From a virus: 64,000 nucleotides of DNA. The notes below the pieces were generated by a model. The model did not search any database. It was not told where the DNA came from and was given only the letters and a program-made list of their open reading frames with translations. Below, piece after piece: positions 18,929 through 29,715 of this stretch. The translations under genes were made by a program, and so were the position numbers. The DNA is taken from positions 1 to 64,000 of the IMG/VR virus record IMGVR_UViG_3300030380_006811; one strand, 5' to 3'. How positions within the stretch are numbered: the first letter of the stretch is position 1; the number at the start of each line of letters is the position of its first letter.

Positions 18929-19181
18929 TGAAAAAAGACAATCTTTATTTAGACAAATACATGAAATAGTATTCCATGGTAAAGGTGGGTATGATTGGCC
19001 TACTGTTTATAATATGCCTATTTGGCTTCGTAAATATACTTTTAAATTAATTTCTGATTTCTATAAAGAAGAAACAGAATCTCTTAAAAGAGCAAGGGAA
19101 GGGAAAGGCAAAAAATCCTTAATTGGAAAAGATGGTAAAGTATCTTCCCCCCAATTCCAAAATAAAACTAGTTATAAATAA
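18888..19181 (+). CDS. Overlapping +1-frame ORF, probably the C-terminal extension of the chaperone made by frameshifting
   Basis: No early ATG; overlaps the upstream gene across a T7 run; contains YNMPIWLR. Confidence 0.55.
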   Translation: MGLSFFGLTLISASEKRQSLFRQIHEIVFHGKGGYDWPTVYNMPIWLRKYTFKLISDFYKEETESLKRAREGKGKKSLIGKDGKVSSPQFQNKTSYK

Positions 19182-19218
19182 AAATATAATTGTTTAATAT
19201 TTATAACAAAATACCTCT

Positions 19219-21234
19219 ATGGCTATAGGAGATGGCAAAGCTAAAAAAGAAGCACAAGATATAAATAAGGAATTAGGATTTATTCTTGATGCCGTTTCTT
19301 CTATTGGAGACCAATTAGTTGGTTCTTTCCAAGATGCAGTAGACTCTGCTTCTGACTTAGATAGTAAAGTAGATATTGTAGGTAAAACAATGCAACGTGG
19401 TTTAGTAGCCGATTTAAAACAATCAGTTAAAAATACCGAATCCTTAATTGATCTCCAATCCAAAGTAACACGAGGGGTTGCTACTCAAAAAGACATAGCT
19501 AAAGAACAAGAAAAAATAGCTTTAAATAGAGCTCGTTTAGAAGCTAAAAGAGATATTTTAGGTAAAAAGTTAACTAAAAGACAAAAAACTTTACTAGCCC
19601 AAGAAGAGGAACAATTAGATTTTCAAGAAGAAGCCCTTGGTAATATTAAAAAACAAAATACTGAGCAACAAAAGAATAAAAGTCTACTTTCAATTGGAAA
19701 TGAAAGTCTTAAGGGCATGGTTGATAAACTGGATAAATCCGGAACTTTATCAGCAATATTAGAAGGTAAATTTTCAGAAGTTGTAACTTTATCTAGGTTA
19801 GGTGAATTATCCTTGTTTGCTATAGGTAATGCTATTCTTAAGGGTAGTGAAAACATGGCTAAATTAGCCAAAACAACAGGGATATCGAAAGATGCTGCAT
19901 TTGAACTCCAAAAATCATTAAACCAATCAGCTATTGATTCGGGAAATGTAGCATTTACAGGAGAAAAAGCTACAAAAGCTTTTGTTGCATTATCTAAAGA
20001 AACAGGTTTAGTTGCTGACTTTGGTGGTCAAACATTAGAAACCTTTACAATGCTAACCACTAAACTTGGTTTAGCAGAAAAAGAAGCTAGTTCATTAACT
20101 ACAATGGCTAGACTACAAGGTAAAGAAACTGAAGATATTTTAAGTGATACTGTAGCAACAGCTAGTTCATTAGCAAAACAAGCAGGAGTTGGGATTAATG
20201 TAAAAGGTGTTTTAGAAGATGTTGCTAATTCAAGTAATTCAATAAAAATTTCTTTAGGGTCTAATCCTGAACTCTTAGCTGAAGCCGCCGCTAATGCAGC
20301 TTTATTAGGTACTAATTTAGAAGGTGTTGATGCTATAGCTAGTAGTTTATTAGATTTTGAACAATCTATAAAAAATGAACTTGCAGCAGAAATGTTGCTT
20401 GGTAAGGATATTAATTTAGAAAAAGCTAGACAATTAGCCTTAAATAATGATTTAGCTGGTTTAGCAGAAGAAATTGCAAATCAAGAAGAAATTACTGCCT
20501 CATTTGCATCCGGAAATAGAGTACAACAAGAGGCTGCAGCAGCAGCTTTAGGAATGAGTAGAGATGCTTTGTCAGATATGGTAATGAAGCAACAATTAAA
20601 TGCCTTATCAGCTGAAGAATTTAAAAATACCTATGGAGAAGCTACATATGAACAAATGCAATCTGTTAGTGCTCAAGAAAAATTAGCTTTATCTGCGGGT
20701 AAAATGAAAGATTCAATTGCCCAAATAGGTTTAGCATTTGCTCCTTTTCTAGATGGTTTAGCAAAAGGTGTTGGTTATTTAGCTGAATCTAAAACCTTTT
20801 TAGCTATTATGGGGGGTTTAATGGCGGGCTTAGCGGCTAGACAGGCAGTTTTAGCTACAATAAGTTTTGCAACTGCAATCCCGAAAATATTTTCATCTTT
20901 TTCAGCAATTCCCTTTGGATTAGGAATACCAGGAGCAATAGCAGCAATTGCAGGAATGGCAGCTGCTGTGAAAGGGGCTTCATCTATAGTAGGAACAGTT
21001 GATGATATGGTTGCACCCCCAGGATATGGTGATAGAATATTATCAACCCCTGCAGGTTCTTTAGCTTTAAATAATCAAGATACTGTTGTAGCTGGAACTA
21101 ACTTAGGAGGTGGTGGGGATATGAAAGAAACAAATGCTTTACTTAATAATATTCTCAATAAACAAGGAACAGTAAAAATGAATGCTACCAGTGTAGGTAC
21201 AGCATTTAGTGTTAATTCACGACAAATACAATAA
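19219..21234 (+). CDS. Tape measure protein
   Basis: Ala/Leu-rich helical protein with a hydrophobic C-terminal region; canonical position. Confidence 0.75.
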   Translation: MAIGDGKAKKEAQDINKELGFILDAVSSIGDQLVGSFQDAVDSASDLDSKVDIVGKTMQRGLVADLKQSVKNTESLIDLQSKVTRGVATQKDIAKEQEKIALNRARLEAKRDILGKKLTKRQKTLLAQEEEQLDFQEEALGNIKKQNTEQQKNKSLLSIGNESLKGMVDKLDKSGTLSAILEGKFSEVVTLSRLGELSLFAIGNAILKGSENMAKLAKTTGISKDAAFELQKSLNQSAIDSGNVAFTGEKATKAFVALSKETGLVADFGGQTLETFTMLTTKLGLAEKEASSLTTMARLQGKETEDILSDTVATASSLAKQAGVGINVKGVLEDVANSSNSIKISLGSNPELLAEAAANAALLGTNLEGVDAIASSLLDFEQSIKNELAAEMLLGKDINLEKARQLALNNDLAGLAEEIANQEEITASFASGNRVQQEAAAAALGMSRDALSDMVMKQQLNALSAEEFKNTYGEATYEQMQSVSAQEKLALSAGKMKDSIAQIGLAFAPFLDGLAKGVGYLAESKTFLAIMGGLMAGLAARQAVLATISFATAIPKIFSSFSAIPFGLGIPGAIAAIAGMAAAVKGASSIVGTVDDMVAPPGYGDRILSTPAGSLALNNQDTVVAGTNLGGGGDMKETNALLNNILNKQGTVKMNATSVGTAFSVNSRQIQ

Positions 21235-21261
21235 TTTAATATTTATAATAAAACAATAATT

Positions 21262-21465
21262 ATGGGACTTTTAGATAAATTAGAACAAGGTAAATCTAAC
21301 TTAACTGGGTTAAATGGAGGAACACCTCAAACACCTGATTTTGCATTATCAAAATTACATGATACATATTCAGCTGATGGTATTCCAAATTTAAATGGTA
21401 AACCTGCCCCAACAAATTTGGCAGACGGTGACCCAGTAAAATATTTAGACAACTTACCAAGATAA
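21262..21465 (+). CDS. Small hypothetical tail protein
   Basis: 67 aa; late motif upstream. Confidence 0.5.
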   Translation: MGLLDKLEQGKSNLTGLNGGTPQTPDFALSKLHDTYSADGIPNLNGKPAPTNLADGDPVKYLDNLPR

Positions 21466-21469
21466 AAAT

Positions 21470-23431
21470 ATGGCTCTTTTGGATTTAACAACCGACCTTA
21501 AATCTTTAAGGTATGGTAAAGACCGCATAGGTGGAGGAAGTAGCAAAGAACCTTTTGTTACAGATTCCGTTAACAGTACCCCTGGGGATACTGGTGGTCC
21601 TGACTTCCTTTTAAGAGCTAATACTTTAAGTAGAACAGGAGATGACTTATCTAGAATAGGTCAATTTATGTTAACACCAAAAGGATTACAATTTGCAGCT
21701 AAGCAAAATTTATTATCACGTACTAGTGTAAAAATCCAAACAAAAGGAGATATTAGTTTTAATCCTATTAATGATGGAGTTTATTTACCAACATCAACTT
21801 TAGCTCAAATAGCGGTTAATGCTGAAGGTGGACATTTATTAAAACAAGGAATTAACCCTTTTAGAAATACTACTGCAGCTGGAGCCAATACTGGAATTGG
21901 GTTTCTTGATAATATATTAGATGCTGATTTACCTTTGGATCAAGCATTATATGTAAAACAAGTTCCTCAATATCAATCTATAAGTGAAAATAGATTAGTT
22001 GAATTAAGAGATACTAAAATAGCAATTGGCCAATCAAATGCTGCTAATAACCCTGTAGAATCCTTTTTAGATAAAATTACAAGTAGCGGAGTAGGAGGAT
22101 TTTTTGGAGGGGTACTTAATAATTTAATTAAACCAATTAATGGTAATAATGGTTTAAATATTTCTCAAAATCCTAACGAAATACTTAGATACACGGGAGG
22201 ACCTGGTTCCTTTGCAGGAGTTGGAGAAACAGGAATTGGAAGAACAATATTTTCTCAAGATTATAAAACTCCAAATAGTTATGTTTTAAATATGTCCAAT
22301 ATTATATCAAGAGCAGGTGTAAATACTACTGATGAAAGATATGGGGTTTATACTTCAAAAGGACAAACACAATCAGATTTTAGAAAATCTTTAATTGGAA
22401 CCCAAACAAGTGGTGGTGGTCCTAAAGATATTTTATCTACCTCTTTAAATTATAATGAGCCAAATCAAACCATAACAGGAAGGGTAAATATGGGAGACCC
22501 TGGTAGAAAAGGCAGAAATCTTATTAATTATAATATTGGTGTACAAGAAGGAGGAAAACCCTCTGGTCCATTAGATAAAATTAATGCTTTACCCCTATAC
22601 CAAGGCACTCAGATGAATTCTGATACTGCCGAAATTAATGATTTAGTTAAGTTTAGAATTGGAATAATGGATAATAATAAATCATACCCATCTCCTCCTA
22701 ATGAAGAAACTAATGTTTCTACTCCATATAAAACTTATATTCATTTTAGATCTTTTATAGATTCATTCTCAGATAATTATTCCGCTAATTGGAGCAAACA
22801 AAATTTTATGGGTAGAGGTGAAGCATTTCATAGATATGGTGGTTTTGAAAGAACAATATCTATGGCTTGGACAGTTGCTGCTCTATCAATTGATGAATTA
22901 ATCCCAATGTATCAAAAATTAAATTATTTAGCTTCTAGTTTAGCCCCAAATTATAGTAAAGAAGGTTATATGCAAGGAAATATTGCATATTTAACTATGG
23001 GAGGTTATTGTTATGAACAACCGGGAATAATTACTGGTTTAAATATATCACCTATAAAAGAATCCCCATATGAAATTGATATAGATAGCCAGACAGGTGT
23101 AGAAGATGGAGGACTTAAAACTAAAGAATTAGCCCATTATGTAAGTGTAACCGGATTTAATTTTATACCAATACATAATTTTGTTCCTAAATTACAAAGT
23201 AACACATACTTTGGGGAAAAAGTAAAAGGAGGAGGAAATTATATTTCGAAATTTGGACAAGAAAGATTTATAGCATTAAAAAATGCTAAAAATAATAATT
23301 ATGCTTCTAATAATTTTGTAAGACCCCAACCAAAAGAAGAAAAACAAGAACAACAAGTTAATAATAGTGAGCAATCCCAAGGCGTTAATAATAGTAATAT
23401 GGAAAGTTACATGGGTATAGGTGGGATGTAA
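21470..23431 (+). CDS. Baseplate/tube-initiator-like protein
   Basis: C-terminal FRSFID.FSDNY.ANW...MGRGE.F..Y.GFER tube-like segment. Confidence 0.55.
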   Translation: MALLDLTTDLKSLRYGKDRIGGGSSKEPFVTDSVNSTPGDTGGPDFLLRANTLSRTGDDLSRIGQFMLTPKGLQFAAKQNLLSRTSVKIQTKGDISFNPINDGVYLPTSTLAQIAVNAEGGHLLKQGINPFRNTTAAGANTGIGFLDNILDADLPLDQALYVKQVPQYQSISENRLVELRDTKIAIGQSNAANNPVESFLDKITSSGVGGFFGGVLNNLIKPINGNNGLNISQNPNEILRYTGGPGSFAGVGETGIGRTIFSQDYKTPNSYVLNMSNIISRAGVNTTDERYGVYTSKGQTQSDFRKSLIGTQTSGGGPKDILSTSLNYNEPNQTITGRVNMGDPGRKGRNLINYNIGVQEGGKPSGPLDKINALPLYQGTQMNSDTAEINDLVKFRIGIMDNNKSYPSPPNEETNVSTPYKTYIHFRSFIDSFSDNYSANWSKQNFMGRGEAFHRYGGFERTISMAWTVAALSIDELIPMYQKLNYLASSLAPNYSKEGYMQGNIAYLTMGGYCYEQPGIITGLNISPIKESPYEIDIDSQTGVEDGGLKTKELAHYVSVTGFNFIPIHNFVPKLQSNTYFGEKVKGGGNYISKFGQERFIALKNAKNNNYASNNFVRPQPKEEKQEQQVNNSEQSQGVNNSNMESYMGIGGM

Positions 23432-23442
23432 AGATAATAAAA

Positions 23443-23745
23443 ATGAGTAGATATAATAATACAAGAATATTTAAAACATCAAGAGGAAGGGAATTTTATG
23501 GGTCAACCAAATACCCAGTACCCCCTTTAAGTTCGGATGATATCTATGTTATTACACAAGAAGGAGATAGATATGATCAATTAGCCCAACAATACTATGG
23601 GGATTCTTCTTTATGGTGGGTAATTTCTACATCAAACCCTGCACTAAACCAAAATTCATATTTTCCACCTATTGGAGTACAGATTAGAATTCCAACAAAT
23701 ATAGCTGGGGTAATGGCACAACAACAAGTAATAAATGCAAGATAG
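23443..23745 (+). CDS. LysM-like baseplate wedge protein (gp53/tail X-like)
   Basis: GDRYDQLAQQYYGDSSLWWVI...N...G.QIRIP. Confidence 0.75.
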   Translation: MSRYNNTRIFKTSRGREFYGSTKYPVPPLSSDDIYVITQEGDRYDQLAQQYYGDSSLWWVISTSNPALNQNSYFPPIGVQIRIPTNIAGVMAQQQVINAR

Positions 23746-23747
23746 TT

Positions 23748-26700
23748 ATGACAGGAAATTTAATTGGAGAACCATTTTTCCCATTTGTTTTTAACCAAAT
23801 AGAACAAAGACAAATCCTTCAAGGTAAAGGATATAAAGGAAATAGAAGTGATTTAGACATACAAATGTTAAATTCATCTACTTCCTTTTTAAAATTAGCT
23901 TCTGGGGTTGACATTTTTCAACCTTCACCTGAAGTTACACAAGAAGAGTTTGTGGCAGGGGAAGGGGTTACAATAGGAGATGAAACTATTACCCCTGTAG
24001 ACGAAACCTTAGTAGGCCCTTTAACTGAAGAACAATCTTCTGCATCAAATGGTTATGTAGGTGTTTCCACTGGTGATGATGATGTAAATGTTGTTGTTAA
24101 AAATAATGAAGCAGTAAAGGCTAATAAAGAAAAACTAAAAACCATTAATGAACAAATAAAAGCTAATAACAAACTCCAAGCAAAATCAGCTAAGAATAAG
24201 TTAAAAAGATTAGGGTTTACAAATACAGAAATTAAAAGATTCAAAAATACTAATACTTTAGCTAAAAATGCTGTTTTATTTAATGGTTTATCTTCCTTAT
24301 CAGGTGGAAAATTAAACCAAAGATTTGGAATTAGTGGTGGTGGAAAAACTGTTTGGGATGAAACATCAGCTTATGGATTAGGAGGCAGTAAATTTGGAAG
24401 ACAACCTATGCCCGGTATAATATCTGCTGAAATAAAATGTGTAAATAGAGGTTCTATTAGAAGTGCTACAGTTGAAATAAAGGCTTTTAACCAATTCCAA
24501 TTTGAATTATTAGAGCTATTATATATGAGACTAGGGTTTACTATGTTACTAGAATGGGGCCATAGTATTTATGTAGATAATAATGGAAAAAAGCAAAATA
24601 TGGGGACAACACTTGTAGAAGGGAATCACTCTAAACGCGCTCCCTCTTTTTTTCAAAACCAAGTCCGTGATCAAAGAGAGGTATTAGATAGTATTAATTT
24701 TTTAAGAGCAAAATATAATGGAAATTATGATGGGTTTTTTGGAAGAGTAACTAATTTTAGTTGGTCTTTTTCACCTGATGGTACCTATGATATTACTTTA
24801 GAATTATATACATTAGGGGATGTAGTTGAATCTTTAACAGTAAATGTACCAGCAGATAAAGTAGGCACTACCTATAATGAAGATGGTACTAGCAATGTTA
24901 CCCCTACTGGATATACTGTTCTTGATAAATGGTTAGATTCTTACATAGCAACTTATGGAAATAATGCAGTAACAGGAAATGGCAGATATATAAATTTATG
25001 TTCAATTAATTATAATGGGGGTAGTTATGTTATAAAAAAAGAATTTATTACTGGTTGGGGAGGTGAAGGGAAACAACTTACTAAAAATTTCTGTACTGTT
25101 AAAGAATTATTAGAAAAAATTGTTGAATATACTATTCCTTTAGTAGTAGGTAAAACCACCTATCCCTTAGTTGATTTTAACCTAGATGAAAGTACTAATA
25201 TAGTAAGTGCTCAACCAAACCAAATATCTTACGATTTAGGAACTTGTTTTATTAAACCCTCTTTCCTTGGGTTAATACAAGATGATGTAGGCAGACCAGC
25301 AACTTTTAGTAAATCCTATATAAAAGATTATTTTGTATTAGAAACAGAAAATGGTGCTGACTTATATTATGGGCAATTTATGAATATATACTTGAATTTT
25401 AAATTCATAAAACAACAACTTAAAAAAAATATAAATGATAAAGGAGAATTAACTCTTTACAAATTTTTAGTAGGAATATGCGATGGGATAAACTCAGCTT
25501 TAGGGGATGTCAATCAAATCCAACCTATTATCAAAAATGGAAACCAAATAGTATTTATTGATCAAGTACAACCTAAAGGTAATAATAGTATTTTAAATAA
25601 ATTAATCCCTGCTATACCAAAAGTTAAAAAAGTACCTTTTGAATTGTTTGGGTACAATACCAGTGGCAAAGTAAAAAAATCAAATTTTGTTTATAATTTT
25701 TCTTTTGAAAGTAAAATTGATTCTTCATTAGCAACTTCATTAGCTATAGGTTCTACAGCAGGGAAATCAAATACTGCTTTAACAGATGGAACAGCTTTTT
25801 CAACTTGGAATGCAGGATTACAAGATAGATTTACTCCCCAAATAATTTCTCCTAAAGTAGATATAGACACAACACAACTACAAGAAGAAGAAGAAAAAAT
25901 TGATGATGCTGAATTAGAAAAGTATTGGAAAGGAGAGTATGATAGTGATGAAGGAAAAGATACTGAAACAGATTGGAATGTAGATGGAGAACTCTTTGGA
26001 TATGAGGAAACTAGAGACGTAAGAATTGGAAATTACACGGGAAATGATTTAACTCTTGGAGATTTTAAACGTGACTACAGACAATGGTTAAATTCTAATA
26101 AAAATATTCAAACTAAAACACAATTTGAATCTAGCTTTAAAGGAACGGGATATAAAGAATTATTAGCATATGCTTTTGGTGGTATAGCAGGAGGGGGTCA
26201 ACCTGTATTTTTAGAAAGTGAAGCAAAATATCTTGATTTTGAAAATAAAAATTTCTATACTTCTTTAAAACAAGCTTTTAGAAGTTATATTCAAAAAAGA
26301 GATGAAAAAATATTTAAAGTAACAAATACATCATCCCAAAGAGAAGGATTTATCCCCTTAAGTTTAACAATTGATATGCTAGGACTATCGGGTATAAAAA
26401 TATATAATAAATTACCTGTTGTAACTCGTTTTTTACCAAGTCAATTTACTCAAGGAAATAGTACTTCTTTAGATTTTATTATAGAGTCTGTAGACCATAA
26501 AATATCGGATAATAATTGGGAAACTTCAATAAGTACTTTAAGTATACCACCTTCACAACCTACAGAAGTAAGGGTTATAGATGAAGGCTTATTTGCATTC
26601 TTAAATATTAATGTAACATTACCTGATGTAACAAATGTAGCTGCATATTCTGTTTATGTAGTAAAACAACCTTGGAGTGCTTGTTTTATTTCTTATTTAT

Positions 26701-27479
26701 CTAGATCAAATGGTATCCAATTTAGATATTCATCCGCTCATAGAAAATTTATGACTTATTATAAACAAAATTCTACAAAAGCAGATTTAGAAGTAAAACC
26801 TGCAGGTGATGGTTTTGTTGCCTTTGATCCTAGAGAGGGAACAACATATCAATATGGAGATAAAAAAACTATAAATTCAGATCTAAATAAAAGAACAATA
26901 TATTCATATAGTAAATTTAATGTTGATACAGTTTATAATGATGGTACAAGTGGTTTTAGTGATTTTAAGGGAATACAAGTAGGTGATATTATAGTCTATA
27001 ATAGAAAAAATAAAGATGGTGTTATGAATGATAACTATTATTCAGAAGTTTCCTTTCAAGATTCAACAAAAGAATATAAAGGTTCTACTCATAGTGATAT
27101 AGTAGTGGAAATAAACGGTGAGGATGTATATACTATAGGTGGTAATGTTGGAAATAAAGTATCAAGGGTATTAAGATATAAATTATCAACTAAACCCATC
27201 ACAATTTCTGTTGGAAGCCAATTTTCTACAACATATAAAACAAATGGGGCAATAAGAGCAGATTATGGATTTGGTAAACATGTATTTGGAGCAATACGCC
27301 CTCCAGCTGATAAAATATCACAATTAATTGCAACAGCTCAGGCACAATATCAAATTTGGAAATCAAATGGGTGGAAAGAAAGTGATCCTCCTTCGTATCC
27401 TTATACTGCAGCCTATTATAAAGCTGGTGGGATGAGAGCACCAACAGAAGGAGGGGAATCATCAGAAGCAAATGTTTAA
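23748..27479 (+). CDS. Baseplate hub protein with a C-terminal CHAP/NlpC-like (DUF2272-like) peptidoglycan hydrolase domain
   Basis: PMPGI.S, MLLEWG and YDGFFG.VTNFSW hub motifs; PWSACFISY, GDIIVYNR, HSDIVV, TIGGNV. Confidence 0.65.
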   Translation: MTGNLIGEPFFPFVFNQIEQRQILQGKGYKGNRSDLDIQMLNSSTSFLKLASGVDIFQPSPEVTQEEFVAGEGVTIGDETITPVDETLVGPLTEEQSSASNGYVGVSTGDDDVNVVVKNNEAVKANKEKLKTINEQIKANNKLQAKSAKNKLKRLGFTNTEIKRFKNTNTLAKNAVLFNGLSSLSGGKLNQRFGISGGGKTVWDETSAYGLGGSKFGRQPMPGIISAEIKCVNRGSIRSATVEIKAFNQFQFELLELLYMRLGFTMLLEWGHSIYVDNNGKKQNMGTTLVEGNHSKRAPSFFQNQVRDQREVLDSINFLRAKYNGNYDGFFGRVTNFSWSFSPDGTYDITLELYTLGDVVESLTVNVPADKVGTTYNEDGTSNVTPTGYTVLDKWLDSYIATYGNNAVTGNGRYINLCSINYNGGSYVIKKEFITGWGGEGKQLTKNFCTVKELLEKIVEYTIPLVVGKTTYPLVDFNLDESTNIVSAQPNQISYDLGTCFIKPSFLGLIQDDVGRPATFSKSYIKDYFVLETENGADLYYGQFMNIYLNFKFIKQQLKKNINDKGELTLYKFLVGICDGINSALGDVNQIQPIIKNGNQIVFIDQVQPKGNNSILNKLIPAIPKVKKVPFELFGYNTSGKVKKSNFVYNFSFESKIDSSLATSLAIGSTAGKSNTALTDGTAFSTWNAGLQDRFTPQIISPKVDIDTTQLQEEEEKIDDAELEKYWKGEYDSDEGKDTETDWNVDGELFGYEETRDVRIGNYTGNDLTLGDFKRDYRQWLNSNKNIQTKTQFESSFKGTGYKELLAYAFGGIAGGGQPVFLESEAKYLDFENKNFYTSLKQAFRSYIQKRDEKIFKVTNTSSQREGFIPLSLTIDMLGLSGIKIYNKLPVVTRFLPSQFTQGNSTSLDFIIESVDHKISDNNWETSISTLSIPPSQPTEVRVIDEGLFAFLNINVTLPDVTNVAAYSVYVVKQPWSACFISYLSRSNGIQFRYSSAHRKFMTYYKQNSTKADLEVKPAGDGFVAFDPREGTTYQYGDKKTINSDLNKRTIYSYSKFNVDTVYNDGTSGFSDFKGIQVGDIIVYNRKNKDGVMNDNYYSEVSFQDSTKEYKGSTHSDIVVEINGEDVYTIGGNVGNKVSRVLRYKLSTKPITISVGSQFSTTYKTNGAIRADYGFGKHVFGAIRPPADKISQLIATAQAQYQIWKSNGWKESDPPSYPYTAAYYKAGGMRAPTEGGESSEANV

Positions 27480-27489
27480 AATATAGATT

Positions 27490-28410
27490 ATGTATTATCC
27501 AAAATCCCAAATAACAACTAATTTATATACTAATGGTAATGAATTTATAATAGCCTCAACTAGTAAAGTATATATTGGGCCTTATTATATAACTTCTAAT
27601 GGAGATGCTTATTCAAACAAATCCCCTAACGATAGACCAACTGAAAAACTATCTCGAATTAGTGTATCTAATTCTATAAAACCAAAACTACCAAACACCA
27701 CACTATCCCCAGCAAGTGAATTTACTCCTTCTGATGATGATAATAGGAATAGTTACTATGAGATAGAAAAAGGAGGTATTTATTCTGTAGTACCAGACCA
27801 ACCAACAGCACCATCCCCACCAAGATCTATTGCCCCAACTCCAACAGATGAAGAATATGAGTTAGGAGAATTTACTAGGTATTTTGGGTATAAAAACTCT
27901 ACACAACAAACAATAGAAACAAATAAATTTGATTTTGATTCTTTGAAAGACCAATCATCTTTAATTCAACATGATTTATTCACCCCAATTTTCCTAACAT
28001 GGATGATTAGTGGGGATAAAGAAAAATGTTCTAAAACAAATTTTAACTTAGTTAGATTAAAACAATCTAAAGAAAAACTCCCAGGATTTTCAAAATATTT
28101 TGAAGGTAAATATGATAAATATTTTAAATATGGAAGTAATGAAAATTTATATAGTGATGGCACTGAATTAAGATTTTCTAAAAGTAAAAAACCATATATT
28201 GGGTTTTACCACATCCATCCAGAAAAAGGACCTATGGTAGGGGCTCAACATGTTCCAACACCTCATGAATTTTTAGAATTTATAACAACAGGTTCAATAT
28301 TAAACCCAATAGAACCAACAATTCAAACAGGTTCTGTAGATGATACGCCTTCACTTGCACCACCTGTAAATTATTCTGGAGGATCTATAGGAGGGGGTGG
28401 AGGTTACTAA
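27490..28410 (+). CDS. Conserved hypothetical baseplate-associated protein
   Basis: MYYPKSQI.TNLYT.G; the NLY..G.E...YIG.Y unit occurs twice. Confidence 0.5.
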   Translation: MYYPKSQITTNLYTNGNEFIIASTSKVYIGPYYITSNGDAYSNKSPNDRPTEKLSRISVSNSIKPKLPNTTLSPASEFTPSDDDNRNSYYEIEKGGIYSVVPDQPTAPSPPRSIAPTPTDEEYELGEFTRYFGYKNSTQQTIETNKFDFDSLKDQSSLIQHDLFTPIFLTWMISGDKEKCSKTNFNLVRLKQSKEKLPGFSKYFEGKYDKYFKYGSNENLYSDGTELRFSKSKKPYIGFYHIHPEKGPMVGAQHVPTPHEFLEFITTGSILNPIEPTIQTGSVDDTPSLAPPVNYSGGSIGGGGGY

Positions 28411-28443
28411 ATAGTTTCGTATATTTAGAGCAAATTAGGTTAT

Positions 28444-29715
28444 ATGTACTGGCTTGTAGAAAACGAGGAACAGTTAAGTGTTTTAATAAATAGTGGTTAT
28501 AAAGAAGCTTTTGTAGAGATAATTCCCTATAATGACATTATACATCCTGCATTAAATAACGTAAGTTTAGTGTATATTAGACCGATTAAAGCAAGCAAAG
28601 GCTATATGGTATGTATTTCACATAGTGAAGCTTTAAATGCATTAAATACGCGTATAAACGAGATATTAAATAAATTTGAAAAACTATATTGTAGAGATAA
28701 AAAAGAAATATTACATTATTTCCCACTAAAAGCTCTCTATGACATTAATTTACCCCCTACTACGTATATACGACCTACAACTCCAACACATGAATTGTAT
28801 TATAGAAAATATAGTGATAATAAAGAATTAAATAAAATAATCCCAATTGTAAAGCATTATGAAGTGTGTGAGATGATTTGGGGAGATCTAAAAAACAATA
28901 TAAATTATGAAACAACAAAATATAATGACTTCTTTAACAATAGAGTATCCGTGGTGTTCAACTCCATCGAGAGAAGTGGAATTCGAATACATAAACCAAC
29001 CTTCGAAGAATACTTCCATCCCATTGATAGTGAATACACTTACACTCAGTTCAACTTAAAAACAACTACTACTAGACCTAGTAATAAATTTAAACATGTA
29101 AATTATGCCGCACTTAATAAAGAAAATGGTTGTAGAAAAAGTTTTCTACCACGTAATAATAGGTTTGTGGAAATCGATATTAGTGCTTACCACCCTAGCT
29201 TGTCTGCTCGTCTTATTAATTATGATTTTGCCAATGTTGATATTCACGCTCATTTTGCTTCCTTATATGGAGTGGATTATAAAAAATCGAAGGAACTTAC
29301 CTTCAAACAGCTCTATGGAGGCGTTTTTGAAAATTATAAAAGCCTGGAGTTTTTTAAAAAAATCGAAAAATACGTAGGAGAAATATGGAGTAAATTTCAA
29401 AACGAGGGGTTTGTAGAGTGTAAAATATCTGGGTACCGATATGAAAAAGAAAAATTAAGTAATATGAAACCACAAAAATTATTTAATTATATTTTACAAA
29501 ATTTAGAAACTTCTATGAATGTGTTGATATTATGGGATATGCTTTGTATATTGAGGGGATGCAAAACAAAACTTGTATTATATACTTATGATTCGTTTTT
29601 GTTAGATGTTGATGATGAAGAGGTAGAAGCATTAGAAAAGATTAGAGAAATATTCAAAAAATATAAATTAAATATTAAAGAAATAGAAGGTTATGACTAC
29701 AGTTTTACAAAATAA
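28444..29715 (+). CDS. Compact family-A DNA polymerase-like protein
   Basis: T.TTRPS, motif A EIDISAYHP, motif B KELTFKQLYG, motif C variant YTYDSFL. Confidence 0.75.
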   Translation: MYWLVENEEQLSVLINSGYKEAFVEIIPYNDIIHPALNNVSLVYIRPIKASKGYMVCISHSEALNALNTRINEILNKFEKLYCRDKKEILHYFPLKALYDINLPPTTYIRPTTPTHELYYRKYSDNKELNKIIPIVKHYEVCEMIWGDLKNNINYETTKYNDFFNNRVSVVFNSIERSGIRIHKPTFEEYFHPIDSEYTYTQFNLKTTTTRPSNKFKHVNYAALNKENGCRKSFLPRNNRFVEIDISAYHPSLSARLINYDFANVDIHAHFASLYGVDYKKSKELTFKQLYGGVFENYKSLEFFKKIEKYVGEIWSKFQNEGFVECKISGYRYEKEKLSNMKPQKLFNYILQNLETSMNVLILWDMLCILRGCKTKLVLYTYDSFLLDVDDEEVEALEKIREIFKKYKLNIKEIEGYDYSFTK

